Shown: positions 18,892 to 28,377, counted from the first letter of the stretch. The stretch is 64,000 bases of DNA from a virus (IMGVR_UViG_3300010396_000002:32001-96000); one strand, 5' to 3'. The notes: generated by a model not told the origin, from the letters alone. Numbers and translations: made by a program.

Positions 18892-19233
18892 ATGCCCCGA
18901 ACTGTCCTCGTGGCCGAGTCGGACCGCGATGTCTGCTGCACGCTCGCAGACCTCCTGAGCCTGCACGACTGCGGCGTGATGCTCGCCCATGACGCGATCA
19001 CCGCGCTCCACATCGCGCAGACGTCCGTTCCCTGCCTGGTCCTGTTCGACATGATGCTGCGCGGCGGCCAGGAGTTGCTGCCAGCGCTCGTGCAGACGGG
19101 CGTCCCCGTCGTGACCATGTCAACGTGGGCACGAGACCCGAAACCGGAGGGCGCCGTCGCCCAGCTCGGCAAGCCGTTCGAGCTCGACAAGCTGCTCGCG
19201 TTGGTCGCCCGCTACTGCGGGCCGGAGAGCTAG
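18892..19233 (+). CDS. Single-domain response regulator (CheY-like receiver)
   Basis: TVLVAESD...LVLFDMML...VVTMST...LGKPFELDKLLALV; phospho-Asp, Ser/Thr and Lys-Pro conserved. Confidence 0.85.
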   Translation: MPRTVLVAESDRDVCCTLADLLSLHDCGVMLAHDAITALHIAQTSVPCLVLFDMMLRGGQELLPALVQTGVPVVTMSTWARDPKPEGAVAQLGKPFELDKLLALVARYCGPES

Positions 19234-19529
19234 CGGCGGGCGGAGACGAGGGGCGGAAGCTCGTCCTGGTCCTCGAGCGAGGCCAGCCGGCGAGCGCCGC
19301 GAGGGAACGGCGTGAGGAGCGTCGGCGACGCCTGCTGCGCGCCAGGCGTCAGGATGTTGACCAGGTGCTGCGCGGCGGCCGCGTTCTCCCGGATCAGGCG
19401 CTGGAGCACGATCGGGTCGAGCGGGAAGGGGAGCGCAGCAGATCCGCCGGCCTCGGCCAGCATGCGCGCTGCGTCGAGCGCCCGCCGCATCCCGGCCGCT
19501 TCGTCCTTCGGGTAGATGATGGTGCTCAT
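19230..19529 (-). CDS. Hypothetical protein
   Basis: ATGA overlap with the large ORF. Confidence 0.55.
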   Translation of the reverse strand: MSTIIYPKDEAAGMRRALDAARMLAEAGGSAALPFPLDPIVLQRLIRENAAAAQHLVNILTPGAQQASPTLLTPFPRGARRLASLEDQDELPPLVSARR

Positions 19530-22345
19530 CGGTTGCCACCATGCAGGCCGCGCGCGATGAGGAGCGCCCCAACAACGGCCGAGCATGCCGTGTCCGTGTC
19601 GAAGCGCTGGAAGGTGTCGCGCTGCGGGTCGCCGGCGCTCAGGACCATGTCGCCACCGTTCACGCTGTCCGTGTCTTCGTTGGTCTCCACCCAGACGTAC
19701 TCGACCTTGCCGAACGCCTCGGCGAGGCTCTGCTCGCCGGAGAGCGCGCGCAGCGCCTTGCGACGCTTCATCCGCTCGTCGTAGCGGCCAAGGATGGCGT
19801 ACTCGGCGCCGGTGAGCGTGTCTCCTCGCGCCTCGGATCGCATGTCCTCGTAGGTCTGCACCAGCGGCGGGATCCCGTCCGCGTCCGCGTACCAGAGCAC
19901 CGCCTCGCGGGACATCCAGCGCCCGGAACCACGCCTCGCCTCGTGTTCGTGGAGCCCGTCCAGGCATTCGGCGACGTGATCCACCGTCAGCATGTCCCGC
20001 GGCGGGAAAGGGGGTGCCCCCTCGAGCATGGCGAGGATCGTGCGGCGCCTGACCTCGATCAGCCAGGCAGGGAAGGGGTGCTCGGCCGCATCCTCGGCCA
20101 GGAGGTGCTCGACCTCGCGGGTCACCCAGAGCTCGGACTGGAGGATCGCGACGAGGACCGCGCCCATGTCGACGACGGTCTGCCACCAGAGCGCCTCAGC
20201 GGCCGCGGCGAGCAGCGCGCAGAACGCCGGCATCTGGCTCGCCGCCACGACGAAGCTCACCGCAGGCATGTGATCCATGAGGCTCCGCGTCAGCCGGAAG
20301 CACTTGGCCATGATCTCGACGCCGCCGCTGACGTAGAGCGCGACCTCACCATGCCCGCGCCGCACGCAGAGCACGGGCACGCCGAGCGCCTTGGCAGCGG
20401 TCTGCTCGATGCCATGCACGGTCGGGCCCGCGAACTCGATGGGCGCAGACGGATCGGGCATCTGGAAGGCTCGAGCCGCCCAGTTCGCATGCTCCCCCGT
20501 CGTCGGGTGCCGGACGTTGGCGAGGTGCTCCTGCTCGCAGCTCGTGAAGACCATGCTCGTGAAGACCTCGAGCCCCTGCTCCGTCGGGACCCACCACTTC
20601 GCCACGAACGTGAGCCGCGGGTCGACCTCGCCCCTGTCGTTGAGGCCGTGGTTGACGATGCAGCGGAGCAGGCCCGCCGTGCCGGCCTTGCCTACGCGGA
20701 ACGCGTTGATGCGCGCGAGCGCGGGCTCACCACGGCTGTGCGCCATGATCTGGTTGAACTGCGCGGGCGTCGTCGTCTCGTCGGTAGCGACGACCTGCCA
20801 AGCGACGTGCATGACGCCGGCGACGCTCCGGAGCTGGGCCACGAGCATGCCTTCGGGCTCCAGCTCCGTGCTCAGCGTGCGGAAGTCGAACGCAGCGGAG
20901 GGGGCCGGAGCGTCGAGACGCAGGCTGCCGTCGGGGTCGGCGAGCATGGTGCGCGGCTTCTCGACCAGCTCGGCGGCGATGTGCTTCGCCGCGGTCTTCC
21001 GCGAAGCGACGTACTGCCGGTACGCCGTGCACCGCTCCATGTGGGCGAGCCCAGCGCCCGCGGTTCCCTCGCGTACGGTGCCGCAGGCCGGGCAGACCTC
21101 GACGTTGCCGCGCTCTTCCCAGAAGGCTGGACGGTCCTGCGACGAGCCGCTGGCCACGCATCGGAGCTGCCCGTCGGACGTCTCCACGACCTGGCCAGGC
21201 GTGTATGACGCCGGGCGCGTCTTCCCGGAGCCGTCGCGCACCACCAGCGTGTTCGGCTCGACCTTGCGCCAGCGGTCTGGCTCGGCGCGCACGCTCTCGA
21301 ACGAGAGCCGGCCGCTCGTGCCAATCGTGAAGCACTCGTCGCTGGTGACCTCGCCGAGGACAGCGCTCGAGACGCCCTCCCGCTCACCGGGACGGGCCCG
21401 GATGGCATACTCCCACGTCTCGTCGACGAGCACGTGCCTGCCGTCTTCCAGCGCGACGCCGATGCACTCCCAGTGCTTGACGACGTCCGCTTTGGAGAAG
21501 ACCCAGCCAGGCCTGTCGAAGATGACCTGCTCGCCCGGCGTGCTCATGACCGTGGCGGTCCCGATCTTTGCGCGCCACACCTGATGCTGCGCCGGCTGGA
21601 CCTGGTCCTGCTTCTCCGCCCGCACGTCGATGCGCAGCACGCCGCAGCCGTTGATCTCCTGGCCCTGGGGAAGCACCCACTGCCACTTCGGGTGCTCCAC
21701 GCCTCGGTCGACTGCGCGCACCACGTCGTCGAGCGCTCCGCGCAGCACGCGCAGTCCGGCCTCGCGCGCACAGATCCAGAACGTTCCCTCGGCCTGTGCC
21801 TGTGGCCAGTCATCGCTGGTCATGCGGTGCAGCGTCAGGACGCGCGCGCCCAGCACAGGCCCCACGTCCAAGATCCGAAGCTTGTGCTCGATACAGTGCC
21901 ACACCGCGTCGCGGAGCTTGGCCATGTCTTCGCGTGAGCCGCTCAGCGTGAGCGAGGCGCGCTCGTCCAGCTTGCCGGTGATGCCCCCGGCCTTGGTCCA
22001 CTCGGCGGGCTCGCCCTCGAGCAGTGCCTCCTCAGTCGTGCCGCTCTTGCTCATGTGTGTGACGTGGCACTGCCCCTCGCACGTACGCTCGCCGTCGACG
22101 ATCTTGTAGGTGATCGTCCGAGCCTCGACGAAGGCGTCGTGGAGGCCTTCGTCCCTCCCATTCACGGTGAAGATGATCTTGCGGCTCGCCTTCCCGGGCA
22201 CAGACCACAGACTTCGGGGAGGCCGTGTCCGCTCGCGAGCGCGCCACGTTGCGACCGCGCTGGTCTCGAGGAGCTGCCCGTCGAGGTAGAGCCGCGCCGA
22301 CTCCGCGCACTCCGACTGCTGCTGGCTGTAGTTGGTGTCAGTCAC
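19526..22345 (-). CDS. Large (939 aa) modular hypothetical protein
   Basis: Long high-GC3 ORF; overlaps neighbours. Confidence 0.75.
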   Translation of the reverse strand: MTDTNYSQQQSECAESARLYLDGQLLETSAVATWRARERTRPPRSLWSVPGKASRKIIFTVNGRDEGLHDAFVEARTITYKIVDGERTCEGQCHVTHMSKSGTTEEALLEGEPAEWTKAGGITGKLDERASLTLSGSREDMAKLRDAVWHCIEHKLRILDVGPVLGARVLTLHRMTSDDWPQAQAEGTFWICAREAGLRVLRGALDDVVRAVDRGVEHPKWQWVLPQGQEINGCGVLRIDVRAEKQDQVQPAQHQVWRAKIGTATVMSTPGEQVIFDRPGWVFSKADVVKHWECIGVALEDGRHVLVDETWEYAIRARPGEREGVSSAVLGEVTSDECFTIGTSGRLSFESVRAEPDRWRKVEPNTLVVRDGSGKTRPASYTPGQVVETSDGQLRCVASGSSQDRPAFWEERGNVEVCPACGTVREGTAGAGLAHMERCTAYRQYVASRKTAAKHIAAELVEKPRTMLADPDGSLRLDAPAPSAAFDFRTLSTELEPEGMLVAQLRSVAGVMHVAWQVVATDETTTPAQFNQIMAHSRGEPALARINAFRVGKAGTAGLLRCIVNHGLNDRGEVDPRLTFVAKWWVPTEQGLEVFTSMVFTSCEQEHLANVRHPTTGEHANWAARAFQMPDPSAPIEFAGPTVHGIEQTAAKALGVPVLCVRRGHGEVALYVSGGVEIMAKCFRLTRSLMDHMPAVSFVVAASQMPAFCALLAAAAEALWWQTVVDMGAVLVAILQSELWVTREVEHLLAEDAAEHPFPAWLIEVRRRTILAMLEGAPPFPPRDMLTVDHVAECLDGLHEHEARRGSGRWMSREAVLWYADADGIPPLVQTYEDMRSEARGDTLTGAEYAILGRYDERMKRRKALRALSGEQSLAEAFGKVEYVWVETNEDTDSVNGGDMVLSAGDPQRDTFQRFDTDTACSAVVGALLIARGLHGGNR

Positions 22346-22674
22346 GAGCCGCTCCCGTCCGCGGGCACGTCCTCACCGGCCCTCTTCTTCAGTGCGTCGG
22401 CGATCCACTTGTCCCCCTTGGTCAGGTCGTACTCGATGGTCGCGATCAGATCGCGCTTGGTGAAGACCCCGTAGTTGCCGCCGAGTCGTCCTCGGATGCC
22501 ATCGAGCACGCCGTACGTGATCGTCGGCTCCTGTTGGAGGGTCGGCTTCGCGTCGGGACAGAGGGCGCGAGCCTGATCCCCTCCGAGCGCGACGTGCTGC
22601 ACGACGCGTTGGTAGAGTTGGTAGAGTGCCAGCGCCTCGTCGGCGTTCGGCTTGAAGCTGTTGGTGTCGTCCAT
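22342..22674 (-). CDS. Hypothetical protein
   Basis: ATGACA-16-TACCCT-7-ATG promoter-like arrangement. Confidence 0.6.
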   Translation of the reverse strand: MDDTNSFKPNADEALALYQLYQRVVQHVALGGDQARALCPDAKPTLQQEPTITYGVLDGIRGRLGGNYGVFTKRDLIATIEYDLTKGDKWIADALKKRAGEDVPADGSGS

Positions 22675-22703
22675 GCCCGGCAGGGTACCACTGCCTGGCG
22701 CGC

Positions 22704-22712
22704 TGTCATACA
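22704..22712. promoter_or_regulatory. TGTCATACA box overlapping a -35-like hexamer
   Basis: Exact motif match. Confidence 0.65.
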
Positions 22713-23245
22713 GTCGACGGGAAGACCTCGACCAGTGCGACGACGTGCCGCTCGAGGTTGGCGACGACGTGCGGGAAGTGCTCCCTGAGCGCGGCCAGCA
22801 TCGACGGCGTGTCGTGCTCGCCTTCCATCAGGAAGACGCTGTTGCAGGCCCCGCGCTCGTCGCCCTGGCAGCGGTCCCACCAGGCCAGCGCGGTGAAGCC
22901 GTTGTCGAGGACGTGCCGCAAAAACTGGCCTTGCGGAAGCTCGTCGGCGTCGTAGTGAACGCGCTCGCTCTCCTCCTTGGTGGTGCCCTGGCCCTGCCAG
23001 CAGAGCGCGCCACCGTGCCGCCACCTCCAGCGCTTGGGCGCGAGCGTTCCATCCAGGTGGTGGCGATGGGCGCCGCGCCGATACCACTCCAAGCCATCGT
23101 CGTAGACCGTGCGCCCGCCCGGCGCGTGCAGGAAGTGGCCCGACTGGTTCCAGCACCCGAAGTAGTAGACCTCCCTCCACGCTGTGTGACAGCGCTGGCT
23201 GCACTGTATGACACCCGCTTGCGCTGGTCCACACAGCCGTGTCAT
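22706..23245 (-). CDS. Hypothetical phage protein (start uncertain)
   Basis: YYFGCWNQSGH...ALAWWDR...NSVF; the nearest in-frame ATG lies inside an operator box. Confidence 0.6.
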   Translation of the reverse strand: MTRLCGPAQAGVIQCSQRCHTAWREVYYFGCWNQSGHFLHAPGGRTVYDDGLEWYRRGAHRHHLDGTLAPKRWRWRHGGALCWQGQGTTKEESERVHYDADELPQGQFLRHVLDNGFTALAWWDRCQGDERGACNSVFLMEGEHDTPSMLAALREHFPHVVANLERHVVALVEVFPSTV

Positions 23246-23248
23246 ACA
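23183..23248. promoter_or_regulatory. Three TGTCAYACA boxes
   Basis: 23183-23191, 23205-23213 and 23240-23248. Confidence 0.75.
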
Positions 23249-23312
23249 GCGCGCTGCTCCCTGTGAAGAAGGCGACGGGCTCCGGGGGCATGGTGCTCCC
23301 GGAGCCATGTCG

Positions 23313-23543
23313 TCAGACCACCAGGATCTCCCGCTCGGTGCCGTCCTCGGCGCGCATGATGATGCGGCAGCGCTGGTCACGGGCGAGGATCAACTCCTCG
23401 TAGAACGTGAGCGCGCGCCGGATCGCCTCCGTCTTGCTGTCAGCCTCCGAGAGCGCCACCACGCGCTCGAGCCTGGCCTTCGTGCGCTCGGGCAGCTCCA
23501 GGCTGAGACGGGTCTTCGGCTCCGTGCTCGCCGGCCGCGGCAT
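23313..23543 (-). CDS. Ribbon-helix-helix DNA-binding protein
   Basis: KTRLSLELPERTKARLERVVALSEADSKTEAIRRAL, CopG/Arc-like pattern. Confidence 0.75.
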   Translation of the reverse strand: MPRPASTEPKTRLSLELPERTKARLERVVALSEADSKTEAIRRALTFYEELILARDQRCRIIMRAEDGTEREILVV

Positions 23544-25118
23544 CTACGGCACCGCCTTGGCGAGCAGATCCCGCAGAGCGCCGGCGTAGGGAAGGTCGTG
23601 CGCGTCGGCAGGCGCGTGCTCGTCGCAGTAGAAGCAGGAGGAGAACGGGACCTTCTTCGTGGCGATGTTGATCTGCCGCCCATCGGCCATCGCGCAGCCA
23701 CGCTCCGGCTCCGCGGCGCAGGTCGGGAGCGCATCTACCACAGCGCGAAGCTGCCGAACGCGGATGCCGGCATGGACGCCTTCCGCGTTGAGCTTGGCCA
23801 CGTCGCGCTCGAGGCCAGCCGCGAGCGCCTCCGCCTCGATGGCGCGCCGGATCGCTTCATCACGGCCTCCACGCATCTCCGTCGCCTCGCGCAGTGCGTT
23901 GACTGCCCCGGCTTTGGCGGCCACAAGGTCGACCAGGCCCGTCCCATAGACGCCCTCCTCCTTGCAGAGGTCGCACTTGTCGCGGAGGTCGTAGCCGTGG
24001 TGGCAGCGGAGCTGCGCCGCGTACATCTGCTCGATCTTCCGCTCCGCATCCGCGAGCCGGGCGCGCAAGGAGGCGCACTCCGTCTCGGAGTCGTCGGCAC
24101 GGTCCGTCTCGCGCTGGATGTCGGCCTCGGCGCCCGTCTTGTAGCGATCGAACTCGGCGCGCAGGGAGGCGGTGGCGCGGGCGTGCCACATGTCGCGGAT
24201 GTCGATAGCCTCAGCAACACCGGCTGCCGCGCATCGGCCATGGTGGTCCGCATCCGGTCCAGTCCACGCGGGGAAGAGCCGACGGACGAGCGTGTCGCGG
24301 GGCTCCACATCCACCGGCACCAGCAGCGCGGCGAGCTGCGCGATCACATCGCCCCGCTCCCGCTCCGCCCTCTCCCGGGCCGCCCGCTCGTCGAGAGCCC
24401 ACGCCGCGAGGATGGCGCGCGTCACGTCGTCGGTGCAGCAGACGGTCCACTCACCCGCGATCGTCAGGGGACCCACGGGGCTCTGCCATGCATGGGGCTC
24501 GTGCCACCGCCACGGCATCATCCCGCGGTGTCCTTCGTTGGTGACGGCCACCGTCCAGACGTGCGCGCCGTACCCCGGCAGCGCCGTCTTCCCGCGCCAT
24601 ACCTCGCCCGATAGCGCCTCGATCGCCTCCAGGTCGGGCGCCTCCTCGCGCGGGGACGCCAAGCGTGCGGCGCGGGCGCGGTCATAGGCTGCGCGCGCGA
24701 TGGGATTCGCGAGAACCTGCAGACGGGTGGCCTCGAAGTCGGTTGGATCGGGCGCCTCCTCGCCGGGCCCCGGGCACGCTGGATCGCTGCCGAGCTGCGC
24801 GCACAGGACCGAGTGCCCGGCGAGGAAGGCCTCGGCGCGAGCGCCCGCGCCTCGACGGTCGACGTGAGGGTGATGAGCGGGGAGGGGCGCCGGCGGCATG
24901 GTCTCGGCGCCGGTGCACGGTTCGCCGTCTGCGTGAGCACCGCTGCACAGCGGGTGATGCTTGTAAGGGTCCAGCCCTGGGCAGGACACGCCAGGCCCCA
25001 CACCGTGCTCCGCGCAGGCGATGTCGGTCGCGGCAACCCGATGCTTCTCGTTGCTCTGGTCGATGCAGCCCCACGCTGCCACGCGCTTCTCACAGGCGAA
25101 GACCGGCTTAGTCGTCAT
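23544..25118 (-). CDS. Modular Cys-rich/coiled-coil hypothetical protein
   Basis: ATGA overlap; multiple small modules. Confidence 0.65.
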   Translation of the reverse strand: MTTKPVFACEKRVAAWGCIDQSNEKHRVAATDIACAEHGVGPGVSCPGLDPYKHHPLCSGAHADGEPCTGAETMPPAPLPAHHPHVDRRGAGARAEAFLAGHSVLCAQLGSDPACPGPGEEAPDPTDFEATRLQVLANPIARAAYDRARAARLASPREEAPDLEAIEALSGEVWRGKTALPGYGAHVWTVAVTNEGHRGMMPWRWHEPHAWQSPVGPLTIAGEWTVCCTDDVTRAILAAWALDERAARERAERERGDVIAQLAALLVPVDVEPRDTLVRRLFPAWTGPDADHHGRCAAAGVAEAIDIRDMWHARATASLRAEFDRYKTGAEADIQRETDRADDSETECASLRARLADAERKIEQMYAAQLRCHHGYDLRDKCDLCKEEGVYGTGLVDLVAAKAGAVNALREATEMRGGRDEAIRRAIEAEALAAGLERDVAKLNAEGVHAGIRVRQLRAVVDALPTCAAEPERGCAMADGRQINIATKKVPFSSCFYCDEHAPADAHDLPYAGALRDLLAKAVP

Positions 25119-25396
25119 GCGCCACCGCCTTTGGTCGCTCGCCGTCGCTCGAGCGCACGCTGCGCGTCCGCGTCGACAGCGCTCTCCAGCTCCTCGTCTG
25201 GAAGCGTCGCGAGTAGCACCTCCTTGAACGCCTCGAGCACGGTCTTGCCCATGCCCCGATTGCACCGGAAAATGAGAACCAGGCTCTGCGCATAGCCCGC
25301 CTGGTTTGGCCAGAGCGCGAGGATCCTCTCGATCGCCTCTTCGTCGGTCATCGGCGCCCGCTGCCCGAAGCCCTCCCGCTGCCGGTAGTCGTCCAT
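25115..25396 (-). CDS. Hypothetical protein
   Basis: GGAGGAGG RBS. Confidence 0.65.
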   Translation of the reverse strand: MDDYRQREGFGQRAPMTDEEAIERILALWPNQAGYAQSLVLIFRCNRGMGKTVLEAFKEVLLATLPDEELESAVDADAQRALERRRATKGGGA

Positions 25397-25417
25397 CGCT
25401 TCGTCCCTCCTCCGTAC

Positions 25418-25563
25418 TGTCACACAGTACCGTGGCGTCGTGTATGACACAACCGGCCGGCGCTGTCACACAGTGCGCTCAGTTGCCGCGAGCTCGCTTC
25501 TTCTTCGCTGTCATACAGACCTCCAGCACTCTGTCATACACCAGCCGCAGCCGCTGTCACACA
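25418..25563. repeat. Six phased TGTCAYACA boxes
   Basis: Starts at 25418, 25441, 25464, 25509, 25532, 25555 (spacing 23, 23, 45, 23, 23). Confidence 0.9.
25479..25514 (-). CDS. Candidate 11-aa micropeptide MTAKKKRARGN
   Basis: GGAGGT 4 nt before the ATG; ATG lies within a box. Confidence 0.3.
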   Translation of the reverse strand: MTAKKKRARGN

Positions 25564-26288
25564 GCGGACGGTGGGGCCCCTGAGCCAGGTCCCTGCCCGC
25601 CCTGTCCAGGCGGCTGCGGGACGGGGAGGCCGTGCTTCTGCGCCATGTGGGCCAGGAGCTTCGCTGTCGCCTCCGGTCCAAGGGCCTCCCGGACGCCGGC
25701 CAGGAACACCTCGGACTGGTGCCGGAGCACTTCGGCCTCGGTCACGGAGGGCGGCGGAGCTCCGGGGATGCCGGCCCAGTCGTCTGGGTAGTGCCGCTCG
25801 AGTTGGCGCCGCATCTCGGCCGCGCTGCCCTTCGATAGCTGCTGGAGCATGATGGCCCAGAGGTTGTGGCGGGTCGAATCGACATGCCTCCAGAACTCCA
25901 CAAACGCCTTGAACGGCTGCTTTGCCTTCACGGGGAAGCCGTCGTTCTTGTGGTCGGTGCCCTCCACGAACCAGAACGCCAAGGTCGCCAGGGGCACGCC
26001 TTGCTGCTGGAAGGCTGGATTGCGCTTCGCGCCTTGGATGAAGAGCGACGCCGCCTTGACCACCGCTTGGAAGTCCATGGTGAGCGGGTGGCCGACCTTG
26101 CCATCCTTGGCCTTGAAGGCGGCCTCTAGCTCGCCCCTGAAGTTCTCCTCGTGCTTCTTTTGGGCGGCAAGGATGCCCCTGAACTCCGCGTTGAGGGGAT
26201 CTTCGGGCTTGAACGGGTTCTCGAGGAAGTCTGACCAGTGCGGGTCGGCCTTTCGCTTGCGCTTGGTCTGGCGGGGCTTCTGGGGCAT
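25557..26288 (-). CDS. Hypothetical protein
   Basis: High GC3; basic N-terminus. Confidence 0.65.
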   Translation of the reverse strand: MPQKPRQTKRKRKADPHWSDFLENPFKPEDPLNAEFRGILAAQKKHEENFRGELEAAFKAKDGKVGHPLTMDFQAVVKAASLFIQGAKRNPAFQQQGVPLATLAFWFVEGTDHKNDGFPVKAKQPFKAFVEFWRHVDSTRHNLWAIMLQQLSKGSAAEMRRQLERHYPDDWAGIPGAPPPSVTEAEVLRHQSEVFLAGVREALGPEATAKLLAHMAQKHGLPVPQPPGQGGQGPGSGAPPSAV

Positions 26289-26313
26289 GGCTTCAGGAAT
26301 GCGGGTTTCGGGG

Positions 26314-26847
26314 CTATGTGGCACGCGCGCGCGGCTTCTCGGCCGAGTAGGCGTCTGCCAGGACGAGACGGGAGCGGCAGTTCGAGCAGGTGACCTTGGG
26401 GCGGTCGCGGGTGACGGTTCCGGCGTCGGCGATCCGGATCGCGGCTCGGCCGGAGCAGCACACCGGGAACCCCCGGGTAGCCACGACGATGCCGTGGGCG
26501 GCACTCCTCCACCGCAGGGGGCCGGCGTAGTGGGTTCTCGGGCCGGGCTTGGCCGGTGCGGGGGTCGGTTCGTCGGCGGTCCCCATGCGTTCGTGGAGTC
26601 GGCTGAGCTCGAGGTCGATGCGGGCGGGAGGGAGGCCGGCGGTGGCGAGCCAGTGCCGGAAGCCGTCTTCGGAGAAGAAGGTGAGGGAGGTGAGGCGGTC
26701 GTGGGCGGTGGAGGGGGGGAGGCCCTTGCGGATCTGCTCGGCGACGAGCTGGGCGCCGGAGGCGAAGGCTTCGCGCTCGTGTCGGGGGGTCCAGGTCACG
26801 GGGTCCTCGACGGGCAGGGCGGCCAGCCGCTCGGCCTTCGTGTTCAT
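26314..26847 (-). CDS. Hypothetical protein
   Basis: GGAGG RBS; ATGA overlap. Confidence 0.55.
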   Translation of the reverse strand: MNTKAERLAALPVEDPVTWTPRHEREAFASGAQLVAEQIRKGLPPSTAHDRLTSLTFFSEDGFRHWLATAGLPPARIDLELSRLHERMGTADEPTPAPAKPGPRTHYAGPLRWRSAAHGIVVATRGFPVCCSGRAAIRIADAGTVTRDRPKVTCSNCRSRLVLADAYSAEKPRARAT

Positions 26848-27197
26848 TGGTCGGCCCTCCGGCATCTGCACCAGTCGCACTCAGGCTCGACGTGATGGCA
26901 GCCGTGCACCTTGCCGGAGCGGAGGACACAGCCGGTGCAGCCCTGCGCGTAGGAGCACGGGGTGCCGCACCAGCCGCTCTCGTGAACGGCGGGACGGCCG
27001 CATGGGCAGACGTCCGCGGTCGAGCCCGTCGCCGTGAGCCGGAGAACGGCGGCAGGATCCTTCGCGCGGAGCTGCTCGCCGATCGAGGCGGACGTCGAGG
27101 GACGGTGCTGGAGCATGTCGTAGGTGACGAAGGCCCGGTCGACGGCCTCGCGGCGCATCATGAGGGCGGGGACGTCGACGATGCGGCGTCGGCTCAT
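26844..27197 (-). CDS. Cys-rich hypothetical protein
   Basis: Many Cys residues; overlaps neighbours. Confidence 0.55.
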   Translation of the reverse strand: MSRRRIVDVPALMMRREAVDRAFVTYDMLQHRPSTSASIGEQLRAKDPAAVLRLTATGSTADVCPCGRPAVHESGWCGTPCSYAQGCTGCVLRSGKVHGCHHVEPECDWCRCRRADQ

Positions 27198-27418
27198 AGT
27201 TGCACCTGGAAGGCGTCGGCGAGCGGCCGGAAGCCTACCCGCTGGCTGAGCATGGCGACGAGCGCACGGCCGTCAGCGGCCAGCTTGACCGTCATGCGGG
27301 CCACGTCGTCAGGGCTCAGGTCGAGCCCGGAGAAGGCGACCGCCGTCATCGTCAGGAGCGAGCCCAGAGACAACAGCGACAGCCGAGGAGACACGCGAGG
27401 CTTGGGTGCGTCGTCCAT
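27194..27418 (-). CDS. Hypothetical protein
   Basis: GAGGT RBS. Confidence 0.5.
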   Translation of the reverse strand: MDDAPKPRVSPRLSLLSLGSLLTMTAVAFSGLDLSPDDVARMTVKLAADGRALVAMLSQRVGFRPLADAFQVQL

Positions 27419-27427
27419 GATCTACCT

Positions 27428-28030
27428 CTACCACGTAGGACCGATCGTTGAGTCACCACGCCCGAGCATCTCCTGTTCGCGACGCTTCTCGTCCGCTGCG
27501 ATGCCCTTCGCGATCTTGTCGAACATGATCTTGGCATAGTCGGGAAACGGCCCCGTCAGCGCATCGACGGGGAGGGAGAGCGACATGCGGCACGGCTTGA
27601 CCTCGGCCGCGTCCATCGGCGCGCGCTCAGGTTCTTGGCGCGGTTCGGGCTCCCACGGCACGACACGGACCGCGACGCACGGAACGCCGCCGGGAATCTG
27701 GCCGCGGTGCGCCAGCGACATCCGGCCCTCAACCCATCGTTCGCCGTCCCATTCGAGCGGAAGTGCTGCGCTCAAGAAGAGCTCGGTCACGCGCCAGACC
27801 CCGACGCGTCCTGGGATCTCCACCGGCTCCCGTGACCTCCCGGCCTCAGCCGCGCGGAAGCGACTTTCGGTCCATGTGCCCTTGCGCTTGGGCACGAAGA
27901 GAATCGGCTCGCGGAAGCCGATCCCCAGGTAGAACCCGTGCTCGTCGTAGTCCTTCACCGCTTCGAGCTTGCCGACGAGCACTTGCTCGACCATGATGTC
28001 TTCCGCAATCTGCTTGATCCAGTCGTTCAT
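27428..28030 (-). CDS. Hypothetical protein
   Basis: ATGA overlap. Confidence 0.6.
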   Translation of the reverse strand: MNDWIKQIAEDIMVEQVLVGKLEAVKDYDEHGFYLGIGFREPILFVPKRKGTWTESRFRAAEAGRSREPVEIPGRVGVWRVTELFLSAALPLEWDGERWVEGRMSLAHRGQIPGGVPCVAVRVVPWEPEPRQEPERAPMDAAEVKPCRMSLSLPVDALTGPFPDYAKIMFDKIAKGIAADEKRREQEMLGRGDSTIGPTW

Positions 28031-28338
28031 CGTGAGCCCTTGGTCTTGTCCACGACCTTGTGCTTGCCCGCGGCGACGTCGGCGGCGAGCTGCTCCAGCT
28101 TCTTGCGCTGCTTGTCAAAGCTCTTCTTCTTCGCCTCCACCATCTGGAGAACGCGGGCCCGCGCCGCTGCCTCGCCGCGGTGCCAGTCCTTCGGGGCAAG
28201 GCCCAGCGGGTTTGCTTGGCGCCCGCCGATCGGGAAGGCCGTGCTTCCAATGATCTCGACGCGCACCAACTCGATGCCGCGGGCGAGCGCGGACTTGGTC
28301 ACGTAGACGACGGCGATCTCTCGCTCGGCTGTGGGCAT
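28027..28338 (-). CDS. Hypothetical protein
   Basis: GTGACA-18-TACAGT-6-ATG promoter-like arrangement. Confidence 0.6.
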   Translation of the reverse strand: MPTAEREIAVVYVTKSALARGIELVRVEIIGSTAFPIGGRQANPLGLAPKDWHRGEAAARARVLQMVEAKKKSFDKQRKKLEQLAADVAAGKHKVVDKTKGSR

Positions 28339-28346
28339 GCCCGTAC

Positions 28347-28377
28347 TGTATGACAGAAGCTGTGCCGCTGTCACACA
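28347..28377. promoter_or_regulatory. TGTCAYACA box pair coinciding with -10/-35-like hexamers
   Basis: 28347-28355 and 28369-28377, 22 bp apart. Confidence 0.75.

Noticed and set aside
25418-25563. Mini-CRISPR
   Set aside because: The repeat is only 9-11 bp, occurs in mixed orientation with ~14-bp gaps, and recurs at promoters elsewhere.
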